From assembly GCA_965113315.1 (NCBI GenBank), contig OZ220363.1: a stretch of DNA of 64,000 bases; one strand, 5' to 3'. This DNA is from Podarcis vaucheri. Lineage: Eukaryota. This document shows, one piece after another, positions 27,596 to 42,400 of the stretch. Within the stretch, counting starts at the first letter, position 1, and each line of letters opens with the position of its first letter. A program made the translations under genes and the position numbers. Under the pieces are notes generated by a model. The model saw only the letters and a list, made by a program, of their open reading frames with translations. It was not told the DNA's origin and ran no database searches.

Positions 27596-28498
27596 TAATA
27601 AAGATTGATGATGAAATTCAGATGAGAAGTAAGTAATAGTTTGAAAAGAAAAGATTCACTCCCTGAAGACATACCCATCTCTTTAGATGTGGCAGGAGGA
27701 GTCAGTTCTGGAAGCTATACTAAAATGCATGCCTAAATAGTACCAGAACAAACAATAACGTAAAAAAAGGTACAAAACAACTAGACCAAGAGCAAACTCT
27801 TCACTCAGAATATGTAACCAAAGTTGGCAAAGAAGTGTTCTAAATGTTATTAGACTGCCAACAGTGACATATCAAAGCTAAAAAATGCCATGTACTAATG
27901 TAGTGTTAATGAACTTAAACTAGTTTTAAATTGCAACCTGTCAACAATGATCTTAAGCCAGTTGTAGGAAGCCCCTCCCCTCTGTCATCCTCCACTACCA
28001 GACTGATACCTTATGGGTTCATCTTTCCAGTCTCACTTTGGTGACATTTGTAAACTAGTGGAAACAGACCCAATTCATAGATTATAAGCAGCACTGGTTT
28101 TCTAGTAGAGTTTGAAGGAAGTAATTATGTGAACAGGAACGGCAACACAATTTCTTCTAAACCAAAGTGATCTGTTTCCAGCTAAACAAAGTAACCACAT
28201 CACATGCACACACCGTTGTTCTTATACAGTATTACTGGAACTGCATTGAAACAGTGCAGCTAACATATAAATTTGTCTCTACCTTCTGGGATAGATACAA
28301 AAAAAGAACACCCTACTATCAATTCAGAATACTTAAGAGGACTCTACAGGTCAAATATTTTGCATGTTGAGAGCTGAATATGATAAATTATACGGGAAAA
28401 AGTCTGAACAGTTGCTTTCAAGTAACTGTAACAGTAGATCTGCTTATTCTCTCAGATTACAGCAATGGCAAACACATACTGTATCTCTGGGCTTAATT

Positions 28499-29194
28499 CA
28501 GCGTTTCTCAAACTGTTTTCTCTGGGCCACACTTTCAGAATAATGAATTTGCTCAAGCCACACCAAACTTTTTATAAGAAATACATTGGGAGGGGGGGGA
28601 CAACTCCTAGCAGTGATTTATTTATAAAACAGAACACAACCACTTTATAATATGATCATGGGCCATCCAGAAAGTATAAAGCAATTCAACTACATAAGAA
28701 CATGAATCATTCCCAAAATAAAATTATAAACAAGCCTCTTACACATGTACCTTAAGTATGTAAACAAAGTCAATGAGAGTTGTGGGCTTGCTTTTTCCAG
28801 GAAATCTGATTTATATCGGGTCCAATTTGAGTCAAACAAATTCTTATCTCATCAACACAAATAAGCCTTTCTCCTTTCTCCTTTCTGATCTTTAATATTT
28901 ATCAGAGTTGAAAATCCCTGTTCACAACAATATGACATAGAGAACTGTAGAAGAATAGCCAATACAATTCTTCAGCAAATCTGTTCAAACAGCGATTCTG
29001 GATCACAACTAGGATTGTCCTCAATATCACTTGATACACTTTGCTCTCATTGTGAAAAGGTATCTGTTCATATTCTGCAAATATTTTTTAAACTATACAC
29101 TGCACTAAACTACAATGCACCGAAATGTTTTAATGTTTCTTTGATTGCCCTTTAATCTTGCCATCCTCTCCTGCCACACTGGTTTAATCCAGTG
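28499..29194 (-). mobile_element. hAT Buster/Charlie deletion derivative with transposase C-terminal remnant (~28770-28960)
   Basis: TIR CAGCGTTTCTCAAACTG; flanks gcttaatt / gcttaaag. Minus strand encodes ILLQFSMSYCCEQGFSTLINIK...RLICVDEIRICLTQIGPDINQISWKKQAHNSH* (hATC dimerisation region). Confidence 0.82.
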
Positions 29195-29361
29195 GCTTAA
29201 AGGTAATTTAATAATGGATCCCTCATGTCATGGAGCACAGCAACATTAACAGAACCATAGTGCTGAAAGGAATCCATGAAATTTATTTCATTTCCCTAAA
29301 TAATCAGCAAAGATTTTTCACAGTGCAATACTACTGCTAGTCAATAACTGTGGAATATCCC

Positions 29362-29400
<39 letters not shown>
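29362..29400. repeat. Compound (AT)n(GA)n microsatellite
   Basis: Directly visible. Confidence 0.92.
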
Positions 29401-29401
<1 letters not shown>

Positions 29402-30488
29402 CCACATCTGTGTGGAACATGCACTTTCCAGGCCCCCCGCAACTGCCTTGGGAATAAGTGTTGCTGCTTGCAGGTCAGTTGTGAGGGATTTTTTTCCTAG
29501 CACCCATACTACCAAAATGTAGCAGCAGCAACTTCCCAGAAAAAAAGGAAACAGCTTTTCTTCAAATGAAGAGTTATATTTTTTCTAAATATGCTGAATA
29601 AAAATGTTTTAAAAGACAGAAAAACTCATAAGTTAGCAGACACCATAATAAAGCTTAATATCTCATGATCCATGCATGCCTTCTATCTAATAATGGTACT
29701 ACTTGAGCTGAAAGAACTGCACTTCCCCACTAAATAATATTGCCACTTGAGCACTGAGAAAACCCTATATCTCAAATATTTTATGCCAAAAAGTCTGGAA
29801 CATCCTCAGCAAACAAATTCACCGAACTGGCACAGAAAACAGCTAAGAGTTTGAGCTGTGGGTGGTCACTCCCAAAAGCAGATTCCAAAACCTCCTACAG
29901 GGATTGTTCAACAGCTGTACAATCCTGGCAACTTCTGTTACTGGTATGGCATAATCATACTCTTAGATTAAACCAAGTAGAAAACAGTTTCCAAATGTAG
30001 CATCGACTACAAGCGCATGGAGTGTAAACCCATCCAGAACAAGCAACTGACCTATTTCCTGGACCTGGGAACCACTGACCCACAGCAACTGTTTCCAGCT
30101 CTGTTTATTTAGTCTTCATCCAGCCCACCACTCACAGCCATACCGACAGTTGGGTGTCCTCAGAGTATTAAAAACACTGCACTCCAAATCCCCTAATAAC
30201 AAACAGCTCCCAACAGCTTCAGTTTATGGTAAAAAGAAGCAAGGTTACATTCCCTTTATGGTCTATGAATATCTGCAGTTACACTACCACAAATATTGGG
30301 TCCAGGTTGCGCTTTATCATCAGTGGCTGTACCATGGTACCTTCTTAAGGCTCTGAACATGAGACCCTCACAGAAAGCTGCATTAAGCACCCCTCGATCT
30401 AACCAGTCATACTCTTCTGACTAGATCTGAGCCAAGAGGGACAAGGATTGAGAGAGCTTGTAGTCAGCTGCGTTATTGCAAGCATTGT

Positions 30489-30604
30489 GGGTGGTAGTCA
30501 ACTAAATTTTACTAAGAGTAGACCCACTGAAATTAATGCGCATAACTAAGGTCCATTAATTTGAAATTGGTTTACTTTGAGTAAAACTTAGTTGAATACC
30601 ACCC
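30489..30604. mobile_element. Palindromic MITE (GG...CC termini, Harbinger-like)
   Basis: GGGTGGTAGTCAACTAA ... TTAGTTGAATACCACCC with a self-complementary interior. Confidence 0.7.
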
Positions 30605-30689
30605 CTTGTCCATTTCATCAGGCCTCATCCACTAAAACCGATGCCACAAAAAAGGGAAATATGTAATACTGGATGCTTCCCTATGAACA

Positions 30690-31360
30690 GTCGTAACTAT
30701 GGCGTCAAAATGTTTGGAAGATGAGTGCCCTTATCCTCAAAATGTTGTGCAAACATTTCATAGTGCATCTTTACAAGCTCCCATGGGGTGTCCTCCATGG
30801 ACAACAACCTCCATACCACCCTAAAGAGTTCTGCTGGACAGCTGTTTGAGAATGCAGTAGAGATGGTAACGTCTTTTGCTGTCCCCTGGACAGAACTTTC
30901 CACCAGCTGCACTATTGTTGTAATCCAGCCTGCTTCATTGCCTACAAGTTCACAGAATTTCAGGCAGCTCCACATCACCAGAGAGAACACTCAAGAGTAA
31001 TCACAACTCTGGAGCTTTAAGTCTTGCTGTTCCACAATGCAAGAAGGGCCTTGACAAGATTGTCAGCTTTACCCAATGGAAAATCCTCCACAGCATTCGG
31101 GAATCCATCACATTCCATAACTATCCAAGGATGGACCTGAAGGGGGAATGTGGCACCAAAAGCCACTAGGAAATAGTCCAACCATTACAGTGCAATTTCT
31201 CTAACTGCACCCTCCCCATTACTAGACCACCAGCCATGCCATCTGCATCAAAGTCCAAACTGAGGGTATGTCCCACTCTATGTGCCAGGCCAATGCCAAC
31301 TTGAGATAGCCCCACGGTTGTCATGGAGGTCATGAAGTCCCAGCCCAGTGCAGGCAACCT
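30690..31360 (-). mobile_element. Decayed squamate L2 LINE (endonuclease end and linker)
   Basis: DFMTSMTTVGLSQVGIGLAHRVGHTLSLDF...DGFPNAVEDFP...ALLALWN...CPAELFRVV...FAQHFEDK, resembling squamate L2 ORF2. Confidence 0.78.
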
Positions 31361-32339
31361 CTTTTCTGTGTTCAAGGACTTTCCACACTTACACCTAGCT
31401 TTCCTGTGCACCATAGACAAGTCCCACTTTTAGTATTCAAGGCACTCTAGATATTGTTAATTGGTCTCTTATTTCCCTATGCGGTGAAAATACACTGCCA
31501 CCCAGAGCTAATTTTCAAGAAGGGGGAAGCTACAAACACAAGCAAAATAGGTCTGAGAGAGAGAGGGCTTGCTTCCATTTAAACACCAAATAGCCCAGTT
31601 ATGCAAGCATATTCATAAGTAAGATCCACAAAGTTCAGTGGAATTTACTCATCGCCTCACACAGGAAGTACGGTATACATTCAAATTCTACTAATGAGTA
31701 GCAAGACATCAGGATCCATCTCTCAGTTGGATTGTAGCTTACTCAAAAAACCTTTGAGGCTTGGCTGAAGCACAAAATATCAAGCATGAATCCTTCTGCT
31801 AGTCACACTTTGAATATTGAGGGTGTTCAATATATTTTTAATATTACAAATTCTGTTTTAAAGGTGCCATCAAAATGGGGCCATGGCGTTATCTAATGAA
31901 CATAAGCCACGTTACATGAGTCATGGCCACTAGCTTAGATAACATTAGGAGGCTAAATGTGATAAATAAAGTGAGTTGAAACCTACTATGGCTTTAAAGA
32001 AGAGTAATAAAGTTACATTTTAGTGGCAATTAAGCCACATAACTTTTATATTTCAGATGAAGGTTTTTAATCTCCATTGCTCACTACAAAGCTACATTTG
32101 ACTGCTGCAGTCGAATGCAATGCAATTGAAACAAGAAATCAAAAATCATGAGCAACCAAAAGCATAAACTAAAACTGCAGGATTTTTTTATATTTAAGAA
32201 AGTTCCCCCCCCCCTTCCATAACACATTTCTATTACCATTAGGACTAGAAACATTTTTAAAATGCACTGAAAATCAGTTACTGAGTATTGCACTGAAGCT
32301 TTCTCGGCCACACAAGGGTAATGCCCACACTGTAACACA

Positions 32340-32369
32340 GATGATGATGATGACGATGACGATGATGAT
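32340..32369. repeat. (GAT/GAC)n trinucleotide repeat
   Basis: Directly visible. Confidence 0.9.
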
Positions 32370-33769
32370 TTATTTATTCCCTAGCCACTTTGGGATTTAT
32401 AACTTTAAAAAAGTGTCTGGAAGGAATGGGGTGGGGTGTGGGGTGGGTGTGTACAAATGGTTAAATGATGATTACTGTGAATAAGCAAGTCTTTAATACT
32501 TGTAATATGTCATGTGAACACACTTTCAGAAAATATTTTATAAAAAGATACCATTGTGGGTTTTAGATAACTAGGAAATCCACCCAACCTTGTCTTCATC
32601 TCTTATAAACCAATCTTTAAAGTTCTGTGTTTGTTAGCATGCTGGAGATGTAAATACCTAAATACTATAGGTGTGCATATAATTTATTAAATTAATATCC
32701 CACCCATCCTCCCAAAGGAGTCCAGAACAGCAAGAACTTGGCCACTTGAAATGTTCAAGGGCAGGTATAATGGTGTTTACACTCTAAGTGTTTCTTTTTA
32801 ATGGTACTCACATGGTGGATACAATAGACTGAGAGGTGAGAAGTGGGGCTCTTAAATCTCCACAGCATGTGCCATAGTGACTTTAAAATGTTTTAATTTA
32901 TTCCACTTTTTACTTTGCCATATTCATTTTTCTTGGAAGCATATTACACAATGGAATAAAATACCCAACTGTACAAGAACATATTAAAATTAGCTCAAGG
33001 AACTCTTACAATGATTCTTGAAAATATTCAAGCTTGAACCAGGAAACCTCTAGGCTTAGAACTGTAGGGAAGCCACTGTAGAGCAAAACACATTTCTCGT
33101 GAAATGCACTTGCATCCTATAACATAAGAGTTTTTAGCCCTTAAGACTTTCAAGATCAGCTTGAGCAGATATGGTCACAATTTTATTGCAAGCTCATTGT
33201 AAAGAGGGGCAGGGGATAAAATAATTGCCAATGAAGTTTCAGAAGCCAGCACAGATTTTCCAGAGGTTGGATATTGGTGCTCCAGATAGTAATCCCAAGC
33301 TCTCTTACTAGGGAGCAAATTCCACTGAACTGAACTGAATTATGAGCAAACATGTTTAAATTAGGACTGCATTGTGAATATCACAAACAAGCAGAAAAAG
33401 GCATTTGTGTTTAGCAGCCAAAATACCATGCCACAGTTATTCAAGTTTACACTAAGAGAGCTACCATATTTATAGTGTCAGAATTCACATTCCACCCATC
33501 CCCTGAACAAAATTTTGCTATAGTTCTAAAGTATAGATGGTTAGATATTTCTGGACAAATCCCCATGTTAAATTTTTAAAAAGCAGATAGGTTTCTCCAG
33601 CTGGCAGATAGAATGGACGACATGATACTGGAGGCCTAATTTGGTATCTAACAAGTAGGTATGCAGTCAATAGTGCAGCTAACACCCAACTGTTCCCTGC
33701 CCAATCCAAGGAAACAATCAATTTTTTAAAATTGTATTCATGCCTTCCCTTTCTTCCAATCAACTCAGT

Positions 33770-33912
33770 ACAACGTATTTTGCTCTCCTCCTCCCCATTT
33801 TGTCCTCAAACCACTCTGGTAGGTTAGGCCAACAGAGTATGTGACTGGCCCAAGGGTTACCTAGCGAGAGTCATGGCTGAGTGGACCTGGGTCTAGCCAA
33901 CACACTGGCTAG
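33770..33912 (-). mobile_element. Old Squam3/CORE-SINE fragment
   Basis: tctcctcctccccattttgtcctca...gtgactggcccaagg...catggctgagtgg...cacactggct. Confidence 0.65.
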
Positions 33913-36097
33913 CCAATGAAAAATATGAATATTATCTTGCTTAAGTGAATGAGATAGTGTTTCAAGCCATTGGTTGAGCAAGTTGTGCCATCAGTGGAGG
34001 AGCAGCAACTCCCACAACACACACACAAAATCTATATATCCACACACACATGCATACTCTTTTATTAGCAACAATCAATAAAAAATTGAAAAATTGAAAC
34101 AGGTTCTTTTGCTCAAATATTTGCAATGATAATTAATTGGAGGAAAAAACAGTATTTAGGCTTAGGCTCAGCTCCCAGATGCCTGCTCTTTGTATAGCTG
34201 TCCTTCGACAAATCTGACCATTTAACATTACTTCACATGGCATTTTTGGGGTGGGAGTGGGGGTGTTATTCCAGATAAACATTAGAGTTCATTTCTTCCT
34301 CACAGTGAGCTAAAGAGCCAAAAGACTTATGTGCGACTTTGCTTTGAGTCTGTGTCAGAAAAAGAGCGAGAGAAAGAGATTACCAAATGTGTCTTGCCTG
34401 ATGATAAACGTACTTGGTTTTGGCTAAAAGCAGTAATCATATCAGTATCCCTTGTTATGTCCAGCAAGTTTCTTCAGCATGGATTTGTCATCAGAAGCAC
34501 ACTTCATGGGACTTTTATTAAGTCCATTTGAAAAGAGAGTAAGTTTTGGAGGGCAGAGTAACATTGCAAGGGGCAGCAGGATTGCCAGCTTACACTTGGC
34601 TTTTTGAGATTCAACATGAAAAAGGCACCTCTGCTTTTAATACACCAGCATGCTGGCTAATGCAGCTTTTCACATCGTAGTGCTAGAGTAGTAAAGAAAA
34701 AAGGAACCTGTAGAATATATCTTCCCCTTCCATATTGCTATTAAACACGAAATGAGCCCCACCCTGCTAGAGATTTGGTAATTCTTCATGTACGGAACTA
34801 CATTCTTCTACCACTCCAGCTGCACACCAATGTATAGATTTTTAAGTATGATAAAGTCAGCAAAGAAATGACTACCTAACAAATCCATCTATCTTTTGGA
34901 ATTGAGGCTGCAATTTTATGAGCCCAACTGAACTCCAACAGGACTTATTTCCAAGTAAACATGCCTAGGATTGGATATAGATGATATTCTTTAAAAAGGA
35001 ACATCATGTTCAAAATGAGAATGGGGGTGATAAAGCTTCTTGAAAAGGATACCTCAGTTAGTGTAATTGTACAACTGCTTGCAGCATAACATGCAATGGC
35101 ATAACTATAGCTAGCTAATTTTTAAATGCATGATCACAGAGGTTTATTATTTGTCAGTATATCAAACTTATTTGCTCACAAATAATAAGACACTTCTTAA
35201 AACAAGTTAATAAGCCTAAACCTACTTTTTTTGAAACAAATGTCTATGCAGACACCAATATCTTAATTCACTGGCAATTTTTCTTTCACTATTATTTTTG
35301 TTAGAAGATTACTATTCTTCTCATTCTAAATAATTCTGGAGTTGGAAAGCATTCTTTCTGTAGTTATTTTTAGGGGAGGGAAGGAACAAAAAGTTAAGAG
35401 ATCAAAGCACTCCAATTTGAGAAGTGTGTCACTGATTTAATAAAATGATTATGAAAGATGCTTCTAGTTCAGAAACAAAAGCCAAAGTTTGGCCTTTGGA
35501 AACAAACAGCAAAACAAAAAGCACACATACTGTGTTGCTGTGTATACTTGCTTGCTATTCAACGTATTTTACTTCAAACAAATTTTAGGACATACACCCC
35601 TCATTATATCCTGCAAACTTGGGAGTAAAATTCTTCCTTACAGTGACAAAACCCAATTCAGTTTAAAGACAACCCAATAAAATTGGACAGGAATTTATTG
35701 GGCAACAATATCTTAAAATAAAGTTATGTTGCATCAGAAGTTTCACCAAGGTTTAAATAGTGAATTAAAATACAAAATGTTTCAAAGGCACATGAATCAA
35801 TCATTTCCCCAGACATATCCACTGCACAAACATCAGTTAGCTTTAAAAACAACAACAACTACCAGCCCTTAGTTCTTTAGATATCTGTGCAGCCAACAAT
35901 TCCATAAGGCTAAATAACTTTATTTACATCATGATGAAGAAAGTGAAAAATAAGAATCTAAGGAACAAGTCAAATCCTTCCCCAATATATGGGAAGGCTG
36001 TAGGACACTCCTACACTTGGAGTAGCAAACATAGAAGAGGAAAGTTATTGTCCTGGGGAACTAGATCATCCCAGTTTTTTTCAAAGGTATATTAATG

Positions 36098-36425
36098 TGA
36101 GAGCCAGTGTGGTTTAGTGCAGGGATAGACAAAATAGTGCCTTCAGATGTTGTTGGGCTTCCATCATCCCTGATCACTGGCCACACTAGCTGGGTCTGAC
36201 GGGAGCTAGAATACAACTAGGGGGGCACCACTTTGGCTGCCTCTACTGCAGTGATTTCACCAGGACTGAGAAGACTCAAGCTCAAATCCCCGCTCTGCTA
36301 CAAATCTACTGGGTGGCTGTGAAACTGTCTCTCAATCTGACACGCTTGAATAAAAAACTGCAGAATGATATTGTACACTATCACAAGTTCCTCGAAGAAA
36401 GTACTAAATATGAAATGAATGAAAC
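36098..36425 (+). mobile_element. Old Squam3-type SINE interrupted by a hAT MITE (36120-~36246)
   Basis: SINE head gagagccagtgtggtttagtg, then a CAGGGATAGAC... MITE; the SINE resumes with a B-box-like gctcaaatcc, ctgggtggc and a (TGAA) tail. Confidence 0.65.
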
Positions 36426-39400
36426 ATTTAAATAATCCATACTCTTAAATCCAATACATTTTGCTGAAAGCTAAAACAATGTATTTTGAAAAAGTAACAT
36501 TTTAACATAGACGTATGTCTCATAAAAAAAAATTCCCATTGTTCAACCCCCATACAAAATGTTCTACTAATTATTCTACTATGAGTCATTCAATAAAAAT
36601 AGCTGGAACTATGGAAAGGATCATGAAACTGAAAAGTGAGTTGGGAAACCCTAATAAGCACGCATTCAAAACATGCTCCGTTGTAAGGATACATCCCGAT
36701 GTAGGTCACTGAGAAGCACTTCATCTCGTAGTATCTTTTGAATTCTTCTGGTGGTGCTGCCCTGACTATTTGGTAAAACTAAAAGCCAACGAAATCTTTA
36801 AAATGTTTCCTCAAAATGTGATCCATCCTACTAGCAAACACAATTGCTGTCACACATCAGAACACCTCCAGCTGAAAGCAACACGAGTTACAAGTGCTCT
36901 CCACTCTATAGCTTTATACATAGAGATAATGAGCCAGTTAAATCCAAGCATTACGGCAGCCGAAGAATTTAGCAGGATTGATGAAAGAGTAACAAAGGAA
37001 AAGCAGGAGAAAGCTTACACAGTCTATACTTTGCCACATACCACTGCATGGCATATAATTAGCAACAGTTCAAAGTAATGGGGTTAATGAAACAAAGATC
37101 ACAAGATGTTTCTTGTTCTTTCGTTTCTTCATTAGCCGTTTCAAATATAGATTTGCTTCAATAAGCTTTTGTGCTCAGATCACTTACTCTGGAGTAATCC
37201 CAATGATATTGATGGGCTGGCATCTATGCCAGTCAATAGGGTTTTTTAACAACAACAAAAAGTGCATTTAAATCCCCCCCACTTCATTATATTGAAGGCA
37301 ATTATACACAAATACTTTCATTTGTGAAAAAGCATTTGCTTGCTGATTACCATTACAAGACATTTTGTGGAATGTAATTCACCAATATTTGCAATACAAT
37401 TCTCATATTAAGGTGCTATTTCAGGGGCTTTTTTTCTTTACTAAACAGTCCAATTCAGAGACTTCCTACATGTCCTTGATTTGGACTCAATATATATTCA
37501 CTCAGTAACTTCTTTTCATAACAAAAATGCTTAAAATGCCTATATAGGAATTCAGTCTTATATTCCCACTCCTGTCTCCTTCTGTGTCTTGAACAGCAGC
37601 TTAGCATAGAAAGCAAACAGGTTTCCTGGCACAGAGATAAAGTGATCAGAAAAGATTTACAGGCTAGATTTCTGTAGTTTCAGGCTGCTCTTAAAGGCAC
37701 AATGCAGGTAATTAGATGGCAATTGTCACAGCCCATTCCTGTTTGTGCATACACAAAGTTCCATGGCACTTACTTGAGAGTAAATGTTCATAGTACTGCA
37801 GTCCTGTGCACACTTACTCGTAAGTAAGTCCAATTGAATGCACTGGAGTTTGCTGCTGACTAAACACACTGTACATGCCCATGTCCAATTCAATTATTTA
37901 CTTTAAAGCAAGCATATGAATTTAAATGCTTGATTAAAATCCATGCTGCTAGATTCAGCAAAAATAGTTATTTGTAGAGACACAGAAGATAAATATATAT
38001 AGTCAAATGTGCGCACACTCTCTCTCTCACATACCATTTTCCTTTTTTCAGACACACTTTGCTTAGACTACCACAGGTGCATGTGCCAGAAGTAAATTTG
38101 TATTCACATTACAAACCCAATGGATAAGTAATTTAATTTTTATAGCTTTCTCTACGGAACATGGCTCACAAATGCCAACAACAAGGAATTCAAAACAGGA
38201 TCAATTCTTTTCCCTTCTTGGAAACAATCTTATAAGTGTCCAAGTACTCGACAACATGAAAGAATATTGTTGCTTCTCTGAGCTCTTTTGATATCTCTCT
38301 CTGCATGGTGGAGCTGTTCATGAGTGATGGAGAAATCTCTTTTGAAAATAAATGGCACCTCTTCAAGTGTGTTCAGATACATCCTGGCTGGACCTTCAGT
38401 TATAACTTGAAAAGGATGCTTGATTTTTAAATTTGTTTTAGGTATCAAATTGTGATGCCTGTAACAATCTTCAAACCTGATTCTTGCAGCACCGACTTTA
38501 TGAGTTTCCCCCATGTCAACACAGAAGGCAGAAAGTAATGAGAGTGGTGAGGAGAGGTAATGGGAGAAAGGAAGAGAGGATGGGGTTAGGCAATTGTTGC
38601 TGAACATCCCAACAAACTAAAGTTCACACTTCAGATGAGACATACTGAAAAGGTTAATGCTACTGCACTTAATGGTTTCTTCACATCCATAAGCATAGCT
38701 GTCACCACATACTTACACAGAGCACTAATCACTTCACAAGAGTCGAAGCACTGGTACAAATTGTAGTGCACAGGAGTATGTTACCCACATGCAGCCTGAT
38801 CCTACACATGCATACACGCACTTACTCAGTAAGCACGCAGATTACTACAACATCACTCTTTCTTCTGGCCTTTAAGGATACCTAAGAATTACACATAAAC
38901 AGGTCCCCAACTCATACAAAAGAAAAATGCAGTATATTAAGATGCTGAGCTTTGGAAAATAAACTTGGAGAGAATTAAAATGCTGATTTTAGCCACATTT
39001 AAAACATTTTTTTAAAAAAAATCATTAGAGAAAATTTTAAAAAATCAAGAGACAAGTTCAAATGTTAGCTGTGCAGTTGTCATAAGACTACTATGATTGC
39101 GGCTTCACTTCTAACTGGGTACAGAATTGCAGTCCGGTTTCTTCCATAGCCAATATTAACCATAAGCTTTACATCAATGTTTATTGCCAAAACTGTATTT
39201 GGATGTATTAAATACAAACAATGGAAAGGAGAGTTGAATTAAATATATTATTTTGAAGGTGATGTAGGTTTAAAAAGTGAAAGGAGGCAATGTAGTTTTG
39301 TGTGTAAATAAATTTAAGTGGGTACAAATAGTCACAGAAGAGATCCAATATGACCCATTGTTCATTCTGATATGGAAAGAGGTATCAATGTCTTTTTGCA

Positions 39401-42400
39401 ATAATCTTTTTAGGATATTTCATTTACAGTACATTGTACAGTTATTTCTTAAACTGCACTTGAAAACAATCAGTTAAATTCTCAGTTAATAATGTAAATT
39501 AAGGTAATATCCTTCAAGGATATGCTTATAGAATTTACACTGTTTAATGACAAAAACAAATGATAAACTGGCAGCAACAAATGTTATTTTTAAACAAATA
39601 TTAATAAAACAGATTGTCACTAAAGAAAAATAGCTACATTAGTTCTGCACTTCAGGGGGCAAAATCATTTCCACTTTAAATAAAATTTAGCCTTGAAATT
39701 AAATGTGCTATAATGAAGCATCTCACAGGTACCATTTACTGACATTGCCAGAACAAGAAGCTGCCTGTCATTGTTCTTCTAGCGCCTTGATAGCCAGGTA
39801 CCCTCATGAAGTTATGTTGATGAAGAGAATTCTAATTTGCTTTAGAGAAGGATAAAGTTCCTACTCCTATAAGAACTTATTTTTGGGAGGATACCCACTG
39901 ATTTTTTCCTAGAATGACAGAATTCATTGTGTTTTAGGACTTTTATTCTCACTGGTTAATCAACAGGTGTTTTCATATTTGCTGTTGTAGAACTAGCAAA
40001 CACAAGCTTACGCTGCTTTTCAAATAATATGTTCCAAGCCCCTCTTCCTACAAAAATGCTGACATATCTAATTTTAATTTGACCTTCCTTGGAAGTTTCG
40101 CCGTCACTCACACTGTGTGGTAGGCTGATTATATAGACTTCCATTTTTACCCAGCTTCCAGCTTCTCACCACTATATTTTGAAGTACAGAAGTTTAAAAA
40201 ATGAAAAGCTAGGCTGTTTGTGTATATCCGATAGTACAGCTAATGCTCATAATTAACACTGCAGCATGAATTTTACACCTGGAAGATATCCTTGTGTATT
40301 TTTGTGGGGGTTGGCGGCTTATCACAATCCTATGCATGTCTACTTAGAGGTAAATGCAATTTAGTTAAATTATCAGGTAAGTGGGTATAGGTTTGTCTAA
40401 TAATAAAAGGATGCTAGACCCCCCTGCTACACTTAAAGCTCCCAGATGTTTCCCATAAGATATATCAGTTTTCACTTTAAAAGGTAGCATTTCTAGCAAA
40501 GAGAGTTTAATAACCTGTAACTATAACCATGGTGTACAATCAGGAATTTAAAAGCATGGGGGGGGGGAGAGAGAGAATCTGCTACAAAATAAAAACTAAC
40601 TAAATTCTACATATTTTACTACCAAAATGTAATTGGAATAGGATGACTCTCAATTAGCCCACTGTGCTGCTTTCGCCAACTATTACCATGTCTTTCCCAA
40701 GCTCAAAAGAAGTATGTTGATTTATTAGTAGATATACATAAAAAATAATAGAATAAAAGTTAGTCCATTATTACCAACTTGGATTATTTTGTTTGGGTTG
40801 GGTTGGGTTGCGTTGTGTAAAGAAAGGCAAGTTCATATTTAATGTTTCTTGTTAACTTTAAATCCTTTGCTTATTAATGGCTGTGGGGGGGAGAGAGAGA
40901 GAGAGGAGAAGGAGGTAAACACGCTGATGAAATACTTTATCATGCTGATTGACAGAAAAAAATGCTCCATTACTTCACAAAATGCCCGTATAACAATTCC
41001 CTCCCATCAATAAATCATGATGAAATTCCAGTTAATTAAATAAACATTAGTCAATAAACCTGGCGCTTTTTGTAAAGTTATACAATGCAAACTTAAGTTC
41101 TTATAAAGCGTATGTTAACTGGGGGCAAAGAGCCAAATATTTTCCTTTATCGGATCTAACAATGCTAGATGAGACTAGCAGATTAAAAACATGCAAGGGA
41201 GTTTCCTACATACAGCTATCATGCTGATTTTGTATCATTAAAATGGCTCCCAAACAAGCAGATTAACTGATTAATTGATGATTAAGACTGCAGGAAGATC
41301 AGACATTACACCCAAATACTTCTTGCATGCACACACAGAGCTAACTAATTGACAGCTACACACGCATCAGAATGATCAGTCTCCCAAAGCAATCTTTTAA
41401 AGCACACATAAACCCCTCTTTCAGCATTTTCATGCACAATGAACAATTATATTTCGAAGTTCAAGTTCTGCAACCTAAAGCACTAAAAGAATGAAAGGGT
41501 GGGGGGAATTCTTCAGTACACTGTTATCAATAAATAAACTTTTGAAATTAATCATGTGATCATAAAAACAAGCAATAGAACATAAATATAACCTCAGTGT
41601 TAATGCAAGGCACTCACAGAATATATTCTGAGCCAACATGCACTAGAAAATAGTAGGAATAAAGCTCTCATGCTGAATTGCTACCATCAGAAAGAACTTG
41701 GAGAAAAGTTCATTGATGTATCAGATATACTGATGGTGGGGGCCATGTATTCCATCCTCTGCTATGTTTATATGGATGGTACCTGAAGCCAATGCTTATT
41801 ACCAATGGTAAATACCATATTGTGTGTGTCATAACTAACACACATCCCACACTTTCTCCAATACAGCTGGTTACTGTTGTATAAATCTCTTTTGTCTGGG
41901 GGTAAGGAATGATGACTGGGCACCAAGTTTGTATAGTAATCACATCTTGTTTCAAATATCACACATTAATAAAGCTTTCATAATAATGCAACAGACACAA
42001 CTCATTAGCAAATCTAACACCCAAAGTCCTATTGCATTTTTGCTGAGATCTGGTCCAAACTGTCCACAAATAGCACTTGTTTTTCAGTAAGGACAGAGGA
42101 GTGCTAAAAAATGCCTGATTTCAAGGAATACTTCATTCTCTTATTAACAAAAAGCTGTCTGGCAAAGAAAATTCAGAACTTCTCTGAAAGTCCAGCGAAA
42201 ATTCACCTATATTGTGGTTTTCTAAAATGGTATTTTTGACATGAGTTATCTATAGCTATGTATCCTTGTCTAGGATACAAACGCTTACAGTAAGAATCCA
42301 CATGCAGTGCACTTGTCAAAGAGAAGGTGGAAAGGGCAAAGATGTTCTTAACATGTCTCCTGATGTGGTACAAAGTAATGCCCAATTTCTTGCATAAATA

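Noticed and set aside
38230-38607. 125-aa minus-strand ORF in intron 2
   Set aside because: No recognisable homology and no convincing splice sites; consistent with chance.
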